Positions 44,741-53,541 of a stretch of DNA of 64,000 bases are shown here, in pieces. Within the stretch, counting starts at the first letter, position 1. Each line of letters begins with the position of its first letter. The position numbers were made by a program, and so were the translations under genes. This DNA is from Armatimonadota bacterium. Its GTDB lineage: Bacteria > Armatimonadota > SYMT01. The notes under the pieces were generated by a model. That model did no database searches, was not told the origin of the DNA, and saw only the letters and a program-made list of their open reading frames with translations. Location of the stretch: positions 1,008,342-1,072,341 of the forward strand of contig JAWLHY010000002.1 in assembly GCA_041690135.1 (NCBI GenBank), read 5' to 3'.

Positions 44741-47416
44741 ATGCCCACCACCAAGACCGCATCCCGCACCCGCCGGCCCCGCAGTAAACCGGCTGCCGCC
44801 TCTTCCCGCGCCCGCAACGAGGGCGGGAAGGGGGCCGCGGCGATCCCCCAGTCGCCGCAGCTCCGTTCCGACCTCTTCGCCCTGGGCATGGTCCTGGTCG
44901 CGGCTCTGCTCGGGCTGGCCCTTCTGCGGCCGGGCAGCACCGGCATGGTGGGGGCGGGACTGGTCCACTTCGTGCGGCTCTGGATGGGGCATGCGGTCCA
45001 CGTGGCGCCGATCCTCATGGTGGGCGCGGCCCTGATGCTGGTCTTCGACTACCGCCGCGCGACCAACCTGCAGATGGTGGCGGGCGTCACCTGCCTGCTC
45101 ATCACGCTCTTCGGTTTCGTGCACCTGCTCACCACCACCCACGGGCACGAGTTCGATAGCACCGGAGCTCGTTTCCAGGCGCTCCTCCGGCGCTCGCACA
45201 ACTCGGGCCTGGTCCTGCACCCGGACGGCGGCGTCTTCGGCGCGATCATCATGTCGCTCATGTTCCCGCTGGGCAAGCTGGGGTCGTACGTCACCCTCGT
45301 GGCCTTCGCCGGGGCGGGAATCCTCCTGATTACCGAGCTGACCATCCGCGGCGTGCTGGAGCGGATGCATGAGCGTTCCCGCATTGCCACCGAGGCTGCG
45401 CGGCTGCGCGCCGCCGCGATGAGCGAGCGGGCGCGGGAGACGGTGGCGGCCCTCCCGGCGCGGCGGTCTCAGGACCTCTTCCTGGAGTTGGGCGACGGCG
45501 AGGAAGAAGAGGAATACGAAGAGGAAGAGGAAGAAGAGCGACCGGCTCGTCCGTCTCTACGGGACCGCCTGTTGAAGCGGGGCGAGAACCCGCGCCGCAC
45601 CGAACGCTCGGAACGGTCCGAGCGGCCCGAGCCCGCGCCGGTCGAGGAGGCAAGACCCCGGCCGAAAAGCCGCCGCGAGCGCGAGGCCCAGCCCGAGGAG
45701 TTCCAGCCGGCCCTCCCCGCGTCGCTGCCCGCGGAGGAGGACCCGTTCGCCCCGCTGCCGTTCGTCCGCACCCTGGACACCACGGAGGACGAGCCGGAGT
45801 CGATGACGGCGTCGGCCCCGGAGCGCCCCGCTCCGAAGCCGAAGGCGAAGCCCGCGCGCCCGGCCCGCCGCGACGGGGCCGGCTACCTGCTGCCGCCGCT
45901 GGACCTGCTGGAGAGCCCGCTACCCAGGCCGAAGCAGAAGTCCGGCGAGGCGGAGGCGAACATCTCCACTCTGGAGAACACGCTGGCCCAGTTCCGCATC
46001 CAGGCGCAGGTGGTGGAGATCGCCGACGGGCCTTCCGTCACCCGCTACGAAATTCGGTTGGGGGAGGGGATCCGGGTGAAGAAGATCCTCGACCTGGCGG
46101 ACAACATCGCCATGTCCCTGGCGGCGATGTCGGTTCGCGTCGAGGCGCCCATCCCCGGCAAGGCGGCGATCGGCATCGAGGTGCCGAAGAAGAACTGCTC
46201 CATCGTCACCCTGAAGGAGTGCCTGGAGTCCGACGAGTTCAAGGACTTCCATTCCAAGGTCTCGTTCGTCCTCGGGCGGGACGTCGGCGGCAACGTGCGC
46301 TGCGCGGACCTCGCCAAGATGCCGCACCTCCTGGTGGCGGGCGCCACGAACTCCGGCAAGAGCGTCTGTCTCAACGTGCTCATCGCCAGTATGCTCTACC
46401 GGGCCACGCCCGACGAGCTCAAGATGATCATGATCGACCCGAAGCGGGTGGAGCTCACCCTTTACGACGGCATCCCACACCTGATCCACCCGGTGGTGAA
46501 AGACGTGAAACAGGCGGCCGGTATCCTGCGCTGGGTGCTCAAGGAGATGGACCGCCGCTACGACCTCTTCGCCCGCGTGATGACGCGGAACATCGAAAAC
46601 TACAACCAGAAGATGAAGGACCAGGGCGGGGAGCACCTGCCGTTCCTGGTGGTCGTCATCGACGAGTTGGCGGACCTGATGATGCAGCAGGGTCCCGAGG
46701 TGGAACAGGCCATCTGCCGTCTGGCGCAGCTCGCCCGCGCCACCGGCATCCACCTGGTCATCGCCACGCAGCGCCCCTCCGTGGACGTTATCACCGGTCT
46801 CATCAAGGCGAACGTGCCCTCCCGCATCGCCTTCTCGGTCAGCTCCCAGGTCGATAGCCGCACCATCCTCGACCAGAAGGGCGCGGAGAACCTGGTGGGC
46901 CGGGGCGACATGCTCTTCAAGCCGATCGACGCCAACAAGCCGATCCGCATCCAGGGCGCGTTCCTGAAGGAGTCGGAAGTCGAGCGGCTGGTCAACCACC
47001 TCAAAGCCCAGGGCCGGCCCGAGTACATCGCGGAAGCGCTGGCGGTGGACCACGGCGCCTACGGCCAGGAAAGCCAGGAAGAATCCGAAGACGAGATGTT
47101 CGAGCCGGCCGCTCGCTTCGTCGTCACCACCGGCCACGCCTCCACCTCGATGATCCAGCGGAAGTTCAAGATCGGCTACACCCGCGCCGCCCGCCTCGTG
47201 GACATGATGGAGGCGCGCGGCATCGTCGGCCCCCTCGACGGCGCCCGCCCCCGCGAGATCCGCATGAGCCGCGACCTGCTCGACCAGATGTTCCTCAACA
47301 CCCGCAACTCCCTCTACGGCGGCGCCGGCCACGGCGTGAATGACGAGGACGAAGAGGAAGAAGAGATCGAGGAAACCACCGGTGGGCGCGGGAACGACCC
47401 CTTTCTTGATGATTGA
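44741..47416 (+). CDS. ftsK: DNA translocase FtsK/SpoIIIE
   Basis: N-terminal TM domain, linker, GPSVTRYE, MPHLLVAGATNSGKS, IDELADLM, ATQRPSVDVITG, gamma domain STSMIQRKFKIGYTRAARL. Confidence 0.97.
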   Translation: MPTTKTASRTRRPRSKPAAASSRARNEGGKGAAAIPQSPQLRSDLFALGMVLVAALLGLALLRPGSTGMVGAGLVHFVRLWMGHAVHVAPILMVGAALMLVFDYRRATNLQMVAGVTCLLITLFGFVHLLTTTHGHEFDSTGARFQALLRRSHNSGLVLHPDGGVFGAIIMSLMFPLGKLGSYVTLVAFAGAGILLITELTIRGVLERMHERSRIATEAARLRAAAMSERARETVAALPARRSQDLFLELGDGEEEEEYEEEEEEERPARPSLRDRLLKRGENPRRTERSERSERPEPAPVEEARPRPKSRREREAQPEEFQPALPASLPAEEDPFAPLPFVRTLDTTEDEPESMTASAPERPAPKPKAKPARPARRDGAGYLLPPLDLLESPLPRPKQKSGEAEANISTLENTLAQFRIQAQVVEIADGPSVTRYEIRLGEGIRVKKILDLADNIAMSLAAMSVRVEAPIPGKAAIGIEVPKKNCSIVTLKECLESDEFKDFHSKVSFVLGRDVGGNVRCADLAKMPHLLVAGATNSGKSVCLNVLIASMLYRATPDELKMIMIDPKRVELTLYDGIPHLIHPVVKDVKQAAGILRWVLKEMDRRYDLFARVMTRNIENYNQKMKDQGGEHLPFLVVVIDELADLMMQQGPEVEQAICRLAQLARATGIHLVIATQRPSVDVITGLIKANVPSRIAFSVSSQVDSRTILDQKGAENLVGRGDMLFKPIDANKPIRIQGAFLKESEVERLVNHLKAQGRPEYIAEALAVDHGAYGQESQEESEDEMFEPAARFVVTTGHASTSMIQRKFKIGYTRAARLVDMMEARGIVGPLDGARPREIRMSRDLLDQMFLNTRNSLYGGAGHGVNDEDEEEEEIEETTGGRGNDPFLDD

Positions 47417-47791
47417 ACTTTAGAGATAAAGAACTAACGCACCGGTGTTCCGCCTTGTGGACGCAGTCGTTCAGGTGACTGCCGTTCCCAAATCTCATAG
47501 CCGTGGGCGAGGTATGTGCAACTGGTAATACCTGACGGCAGAGTCAGGAAGAGGAGGCGAGTGGGCAAGCCTATGGCGATTCGACGGTTACCGTCGGATC
47601 CGGGCTCGTTGAATCCTACTCGTCTTGAGCGTGGGCTCCCCCTCTCTGCGTCGGCGGGCCCCCTATGGGTGGGCCGGGGGGGTGAGGTTACCCGGGTCAC
47701 CGCACCGGTCAACGTGGACGGAGTTGGGGCTGGATGCCCGTTGGATACCGTTTCGGCCAGGGAAGAACCTGTCCCGCAATGGTCACGGATT

Positions 47792-47831
47792 CCCCTCTCC
47801 CGCAGCGTGGGAGAGGGGTGAGGGGTGAGGG
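47792..47831. repeat. REP-like CCCCTCTCCC..GGGAGAGGGG palindrome
   Basis: CCCCTCTCCC-GCAGCGT-GGGAGAGGGG followed by TGAGGGGTGAGGG. Confidence 0.7.
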
Positions 47832-47900
47832 CCGTCGTGGCGATCGGTAAGCCTGCTGTAATCCTCGGCTCCCGTCGGACGCCGCCGCACCCAACGACCC

Positions 47901-48221
47901 TTACCGTCGGGCCTCCTCAAAAGCCTCCGCGGTATCGTGGTGCCGTTCCTCCGGACTGTTGTACGGGTGCAACTCCTCTTCGACGGCGTCCACGTAAACC
48001 ACATCGTTGTGCAGGCGCGCCACCAGTTCCCCCGGCACCAGCAGGGCATGGGTGAACAGGTTCGGCCGTACCGCCAGGCCCACGAAGATGCCGCTCCCTT
48101 CGTCCACGATCACCTCGCTCACGCCGCCGATGGTCTCCCCATCCCGGCCGCGGACCTGCATTCCCTTCTTGATCTCGGCGTAACTTCCCTCGCGCATGGC
48201 TTGCCTCCCAACTCTCTCCAT
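47901..48221 (-). CDS. PRC-barrel / DUF2171-like small protein
   Basis: IKKGMQVRGRDGETIGGVSEVIVD. Confidence 0.7.
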   Translation of the reverse strand: MERVGRQAMREGSYAEIKKGMQVRGRDGETIGGVSEVIVDEGSGIFVGLAVRPNLFTHALLVPGELVARLHNDVVYVDAVEEELHPYNSPEERHHDTAEAFEEARR

Positions 48222-48367
48222 ACCCGGTCGGCCCGCTCCGGAAACGAAAGCCGCCAGGGCCCTCTTTGCGATTACCCCCCCGGATCCTGGTCCTCAACAC
48301 CAAACTTCCAGCCATTCCCCACCCGAAAGTGGACAGTTGGCCGGTAGTGACGGAAGATAGGTTGGGT

Positions 48368-49636
48368 ATGCCTGACGTCTTGGAAGCACAGTTGCAGAAC
48401 GGCCTCCGCGTATTGATCCGCGAGAGCCATGCCGCTCCGGTGGTGAGCTGCTGGGCGGGTTACCGCGTAGGCGCCCGGAACGAGCGTCCCGGCATCACGG
48501 GGGCGTCTCACTGGGTGGAGCACATGAGCTTCAAGGGCAGTGCTCGCCTGGGCAAGGGGGACATCTTTCGGTTCACCGCCCGCCACGGCGGCACCAATAA
48601 CGGATTCACCACCGACGACCTCACCCTCTACTACGAAACGCTCCCCTCCGCGCAGCTCGATACCGCCCTGCTGATCGAATCCGAGCGGATGGGTTACGCC
48701 CTGTTCGATGCGGACGAGACGGAGAAGGAACGTACCGTGATCCTGGCGGAGCGTTCCGGCGCCGAGAACAACCCGCATTTCGAGCTGTCGGAGCGGATGG
48801 GGGAGACCGTCTTCCTGGAGCACCCGTACCGCTGGCCGGTGATCGGCTTCCGCGAAGATCTGGAGCGGATGACCCGCGAGGATCTCTATACGCACTACCG
48901 CACCTACTACGCCCCCAATAACGCGGTGGTGGCCGTGGTGGGCGATGTGGATCCGCCCGCCGTGCTGGAGGAGATCCGGCGATACTTCGAACCGATTCCG
49001 GCGGGCGGAACGCCCCCGCCGGTCGAGGGTGCGGAGCCCCCGCAGACCGAGGAGCGGCGCCTGGAAGTCCGCAAACCGGGGGCCTCGGCTTACGTTCAAA
49101 TCGCCTACCACACTCCCGGCCTGGGTCATCCGGACTTCTATCCGCTGCTCATGGCGGATGCGCTCCTGAGCGGCGGGAAGTCGGTGAGTTGGGGCGGCGG
49201 TGGGTACATGGGTAGGACGGCGCGCCTCTACCCGGCCCTGGTCCACTCCAGCTTGGCGGTGAGTGCCGGCTCGGCGTTCCGCTTCACCCTGGACCCGTAC
49301 GTCTTCAGCCTGTCAATGACGGTGCGGCAGGGGGTGGATGCGAACCGGGCGGAGCAAGTACTCCTGGAAGTGGTTGAGGGGCTAGCGGCCAATCCCCCCT
49401 CTGACGCGGAGTTGTCACGGGTGCGCCGGCAGACGGAAGCGCAGTTCGCCTACAGCCGCGACGGGGTGACCAGCCAGGCCTTTGCCCTGCTCTTCTTCGA
49501 CCTTCTCGACCACTGGTCGTTTGTCGACCGTCACCTGGAGCGGCTCGCGCAGGTAACCCCCGCGGACGTGGCGCGGGTGGCCGCGACCTATTTCCGCCCG
49601 GAGAACCGGACGGTGGGATGGTTTATCCCGTCATGA
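48368..49636 (+). CDS. M16 family (pitrilysin) metallopeptidase, catalytic subunit
   Basis: LQNGLRV, GASHWVEHMSFKG (HXXEH), HPYRWPVIG, YYAPNNA. Confidence 0.93.
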   Translation: MPDVLEAQLQNGLRVLIRESHAAPVVSCWAGYRVGARNERPGITGASHWVEHMSFKGSARLGKGDIFRFTARHGGTNNGFTTDDLTLYYETLPSAQLDTALLIESERMGYALFDADETEKERTVILAERSGAENNPHFELSERMGETVFLEHPYRWPVIGFREDLERMTREDLYTHYRTYYAPNNAVVAVVGDVDPPAVLEEIRRYFEPIPAGGTPPPVEGAEPPQTEERRLEVRKPGASAYVQIAYHTPGLGHPDFYPLLMADALLSGGKSVSWGGGGYMGRTARLYPALVHSSLAVSAGSAFRFTLDPYVFSLSMTVRQGVDANRAEQVLLEVVEGLAANPPSDAELSRVRRQTEAQFAYSRDGVTSQAFALLFFDLLDHWSFVDRHLERLAQVTPADVARVAATYFRPENRTVGWFIPS

Positions 49637-50886
49637 TCAGCCGGCTGGAGCCCTACCGGGAAGTTCTCGATAACGGCGTCGTGCTGCTGTACAACCGGAG
49701 CCGCGATACCCCCTCCGTGGCGCTCCGGGGCTCGCTGCCCGCCGGGTCCGCCCGCGAGCCGGAGGATAAGGCCGGCCTGGCCAGCTTCGTCGGGCGCATC
49801 CTGCGCCGCGGCACCACCCATCGTTTCTCCCAGGAGATCTCGGCGGTCGTGGAGGACATCGGGGCCAGTTTCGCCACCTGGGGCGGTACGGAAGAAGCAG
49901 GTTTTTCCGCCAAGTGCCTCGGGCGCGACCTTGCCACGGTGCTCGACCTCCTGCAGGAGGTGCTGGAGCAACCCGCCTTCCCCGAGACGGAGGTTGAGCG
50001 CACCCGGGCGGAAGTTCTCACCGTCCTCCGCGAGCATGAGGAAAGCACGCGAGCGCGCGCGGACCTGGCGATCCTGCGCATGCTCTATCCGGAGGGGCAT
50101 CCCTACTCTCGGCCCTCGATCGGAAACCGGGAGACGGTGGAAGCCCTGGGGCTGGAAGATTTCCGCGAATTCCACGATGTGTTTTACGCCGCGCCGGGTA
50201 TGATCGTAACCATAGCGGGCGACGTGGATCTGGACCTGGTCCGGGGTCGCCTCGCGGGTTGGTTCAAAGAGAAGCCGACGCCGCCGCCACTGTCCTCGTG
50301 GACCGTGGAGCCGAACGGAGATGCCGGGCGCGTGGTCATCCCGATGCCGCACAAGTCGCAGGTCGATCTGATCATGGCTGGCCCTGGTGTCCCGCGGCAT
50401 CACCCGGATTTCCTGCCGCTGACCATGGTCAACCTCATCCTGGGGAGCCTGGGGCTGATGGGACGTCTGGGAGAGCAGATCCGCGAGCAGCAGGGGATGG
50501 CCTATTACGTCTCCAGTCGTTCCACCAGCCGCCTGTGGGCCGGCGAGTGGACCGCGAACGCGGGCGTGGCGCCGGAGAACGTAGACCGGACCCTGGAGGC
50601 GATCCTGGAGCAGGTTCGGATCATCCGCCGCGAGCTGGTCTCGGAGACGGAGATGACGGACGCGACCGACTACCTGATTGGTTCGCTCCCGCTGCGCCTC
50701 GAGACGAACGACGGCATCGCCAGTTACCTGTTGAATACGGAATACTATCGGCTGGGGATCGATTACATCGACCGCTATCCCGGCCAGGTTCGGGCGCAAA
50801 CACGTGAGCGCCTGCGCCAGGCCGCTCAGGACCACATGGACCCCGACCGGTTTTCAATCGCGATGGCAGGACCGCTCCCACCATGA
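49633..50886 (+). CDS. M16 family peptidase, non-catalytic partner subunit
   Basis: LDNGVVL, no HXXEH, RLGEQIREQQGMAYY; ATGA overlap with the upstream gene. Confidence 0.9.
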   Translation: MISRLEPYREVLDNGVVLLYNRSRDTPSVALRGSLPAGSAREPEDKAGLASFVGRILRRGTTHRFSQEISAVVEDIGASFATWGGTEEAGFSAKCLGRDLATVLDLLQEVLEQPAFPETEVERTRAEVLTVLREHEESTRARADLAILRMLYPEGHPYSRPSIGNRETVEALGLEDFREFHDVFYAAPGMIVTIAGDVDLDLVRGRLAGWFKEKPTPPPLSSWTVEPNGDAGRVVIPMPHKSQVDLIMAGPGVPRHHPDFLPLTMVNLILGSLGLMGRLGEQIREQQGMAYYVSSRSTSRLWAGEWTANAGVAPENVDRTLEAILEQVRIIRRELVSETEMTDATDYLIGSLPLRLETNDGIASYLLNTEYYRLGIDYIDRYPGQVRAQTRERLRQAAQDHMDPDRFSIAMAGPLPP

Positions 50887-52031
50887 GCCTCACGCAGGAA
50901 GACCTGGGCCAACGCTACCTGACCGCCGCCACCGCTCTGGACCGTGGTGACGTGGAGCGCGCGCGCCGGGAGTTTGAGCTGCTGCTGCTCGATTGCCCGA
51001 AATTCGCGCCGGCCTGGGACGGCCTCGGCCGCTGTTTCGAGGCCGCGGATGAGCTGGAGCGCGCCGAGCACTGCTTCCGGAAGTCGATGCGTCTGGATCG
51101 GCGCAACTGGGCGAGCCGGTTCCATTGGGGTGCGGCCCTGCACCGGGCAGGTGAGCTCCAGGAAGCGTGTCGCTGGCTCCGCGAGGCCGTGAAGCTCGCT
51201 CCCGAGGAGCGTCGGATCCATCTGCGGCTGGGAATGTGCCACTTCGACCTGGGCGAATACGACCGGGCCCTGGCCTGTTACCGGAAAGCGCTCGAGCAAC
51301 CGGAGCGTGATATCCGGGATGCGGAGCTCTACGTCCACATCGGCAACGCCGAAACGGAGCGCGCGGATTACGAGGCTGCGGAAAAGGCCTACGAGCGCGC
51401 CTGCCTCATCGCGCCGGATGACCCGATGGTCTACTACCACTGGGCAGCGGTAACGGCTCGCAAGGGGGAATTGCGCGATGCGGAGCGCCTGGCTCGCCGG
51501 GCCTGTGCGCTGGCGCCGCAGTCGGGCGTCTGTCGTTTGCTCCTCGTCAACCTGGTCCTCGACTCGGAAGAGTGGGATAGCGCGGCCGACCGCATCCGGG
51601 AACTGGGCGACCGACCGGAGATGGCTCGCCTCGCCCGCGCGCTCAGCGCCGAGCTGGCCCGCCGGACCGGGGATCGTTCCACGGCGTATGCCCTGGCCGT
51701 TTCCACTCTGAAGATGGAAGGTCCCCCTTCGGACCAGGCGGTGGACGTGGCACTGGCCACGCTCCGCGAATTGCGGGGCATCCGGGCCGTCTGCCGGGGC
51801 TTCCGGTTTGTGTTCGAGGTCGCTTCCGGACCGCGGACCTACTTCCGCCCCTATGTGGTGTTGGCCGAAGCGGAAGACCAGGGGGTCGGCTTCGCCGCCG
51901 AACTGCAGGCCGCCCTGGATGAAGACCCCTGGAAGATCGCGGAAGTGGAAACCTTCGCGCACGGCGGGGAAACGCTGGCCGGCGTCTACAATGTCCTTCT
52001 CTCGAAGGTCTTCTTTCCCCGGTTGGACTGA
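50883..52031 (+). CDS. Tetratricopeptide repeat protein
   Basis: Repeated AW..LG / A...Y.KAL...P helical repeats. Confidence 0.85.
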   Translation: MSLTQEDLGQRYLTAATALDRGDVERARREFELLLLDCPKFAPAWDGLGRCFEAADELERAEHCFRKSMRLDRRNWASRFHWGAALHRAGELQEACRWLREAVKLAPEERRIHLRLGMCHFDLGEYDRALACYRKALEQPERDIRDAELYVHIGNAETERADYEAAEKAYERACLIAPDDPMVYYHWAAVTARKGELRDAERLARRACALAPQSGVCRLLLVNLVLDSEEWDSAADRIRELGDRPEMARLARALSAELARRTGDRSTAYALAVSTLKMEGPPSDQAVDVALATLRELRGIRAVCRGFRFVFEVASGPRTYFRPYVVLAEAEDQGVGFAAELQAALDEDPWKIAEVETFAHGGETLAGVYNVLLSKVFFPRLD

Positions 52032-52034
52032 ACC

Positions 52035-52613
52035 ATGAACCCCCTTTCGCGCGTCCTGGACGACACCCTCCGTCGCCTGCAGCTCACCGATGCGGCGGAC
52101 GAGGCTCGCGCCGTCATGCTCTGGCCGGAGATCGTCGGCCCGCAGTTGGCGCGGATCAGCGAGCCTAAAACCTTTCACAACGGCACGCTGGTGGTGATGG
52201 TCCGCAGCAGTTCCTGGAATCAGGAGTTGACCTTCCAGAAGGCCGGCATCGTGCAGAAGTACCGCGCGCGGATGGGGAAGCCCTTCGTCCGGGACCTGCG
52301 GTTCGTGGTCGGCAAACTGGGGGGCTTGAGTGTCCAGGAAACCCACGCGCCCCCCGAGGCGGAGGTGCGCCGGATTCGGCTGTCCCCGGAGGACCTCGAG
52401 GAGATCCGCCTCGCCTCCGAGTGCGACGATCCGGAGCTGGGCCAGGCAATCCGCCGCGCCCTTACCCACGAGGCGCAGATCCGCCAATGGCGCCTCAAGC
52501 ACGGCGCCCGCGAATGCACCCAATGCGGCGCCGCTCACCGCACTCCGCACTCCATCTGCCCCGCCTGCCGCGTCGACCGCGTCGAAGGCCAGGGCGTCCT
52601 CGGCGACCCGTAA
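52035..52613 (+). CDS. DUF721/DciA family protein with Zn ribbon
   Basis: LWPEIVGPQLA..SEP....GTLVV.V.SSSWNQEL; C-terminal CTQC..CPAC. Confidence 0.85.
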   Translation: MNPLSRVLDDTLRRLQLTDAADEARAVMLWPEIVGPQLARISEPKTFHNGTLVVMVRSSSWNQELTFQKAGIVQKYRARMGKPFVRDLRFVVGKLGGLSVQETHAPPEAEVRRIRLSPEDLEEIRLASECDDPELGQAIRRALTHEAQIRQWRLKHGARECTQCGAAHRTPHSICPACRVDRVEGQGVLGDP

Positions 52614-52649
52614 CTCCATCCCCCGCCGCATCTGAGTCGGCACGCGCCC

Positions 52650-53450
52650 AGCCAACCCAACGATGGGAACCGAACTGTAGGGGCTTCGGCCCTGGTTGCC
52701 CTCGCCCTGTGCCCGATCAGTGCCCGCAATGGGGTGCACCACCAACCATACCACCGCCGTCAGACCGAAACGTTCCCGCCGACCGTGCGAAGGACGCGTA
52801 GGGGCACCGGCCCTGGTTGCCCTCGTCCTGTGTCAGATCACCAAGTGCAATACCGCACGCCACCAAGCACATCGCCGCCGTTGGACCAAACCGTAGTCGC
52901 CTTGTCCCTTTACTCGCGCACCCCGCATCCGCCTCCCGTGCTGACCACCATCCACCATGTGGGAGTCGGGACGATATGAGGCCTGTGCAAGTACCTGGTC
53001 GGGTACGGTTAAGCATAGCAAGGCCGCGCAAGCGCCGTCACTCCGGCAAACTTCGCTGACCTGAGTGGAGAAACAGGATCCTACTTAGCGGCCAAAACTG
53101 TTCCGACAGTTCCCAAGCCCCTCCGTCCGGTGTCTCGCGACCTTGGCCCCCACCTCCCGTCCCGACAAATCAGCGGCCGTCCAGGGCCTCCGTGTGGAAT
53201 CGCCGATTGCATCGGCGCCTGGCGATCCTGCCTCCGCCACCCGTCTTGCCATCCCCAACATACCCCAACCATGGGAACCGAAATGTAGGGGCACCGGCCC
53301 TGGTTGCCCTCGTCTTGGGTCAGATCAGCGCCTGCAAAACCGCACGCCGCCATGCACCCCACCACCGTTGGACCAATCCGTAGCCGCCTCTGATTCCCTT
53401 CCCACGTGCACCCCGCCTCCGCCTCCCGTGCTGACCACCAACCTCCAACC
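52650..53450. repeat. Cluster of GTAG-type REP elements within longer degenerate direct repeats
   Basis: GTAGGGGC..CGGCCCTGGTTGCCCTCG at 52677, 52798, 53285; 52798-52950 similar to 53285-53440; also holds copy 2 of the 19373 repeat. Confidence 0.8.
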
Positions 53451-53472
53451 AACACCGTCCCCCTGGCAAAAC

Positions 53473-53504
53473 AAAAGGGACGCCCCCGTCCGGGGCGTCC
53501 CTTT
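53473..53504 (-). terminator. Intrinsic terminator of the T2SS operon
   Basis: AAAAGGGACGCCCC-loop-GGGGCGTCCCTTT. Confidence 0.75.
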
Positions 53505-53541
53505 AGCTTGGGTTGAATCGTAACCGCCGATTTCGCGCCGG

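Noticed and set aside
47420-47780. Possible ncRNA or small gene downstream of ftsK
   Set aside because: No recognisable RNA family motif or credible ORF; only REP-like remnants
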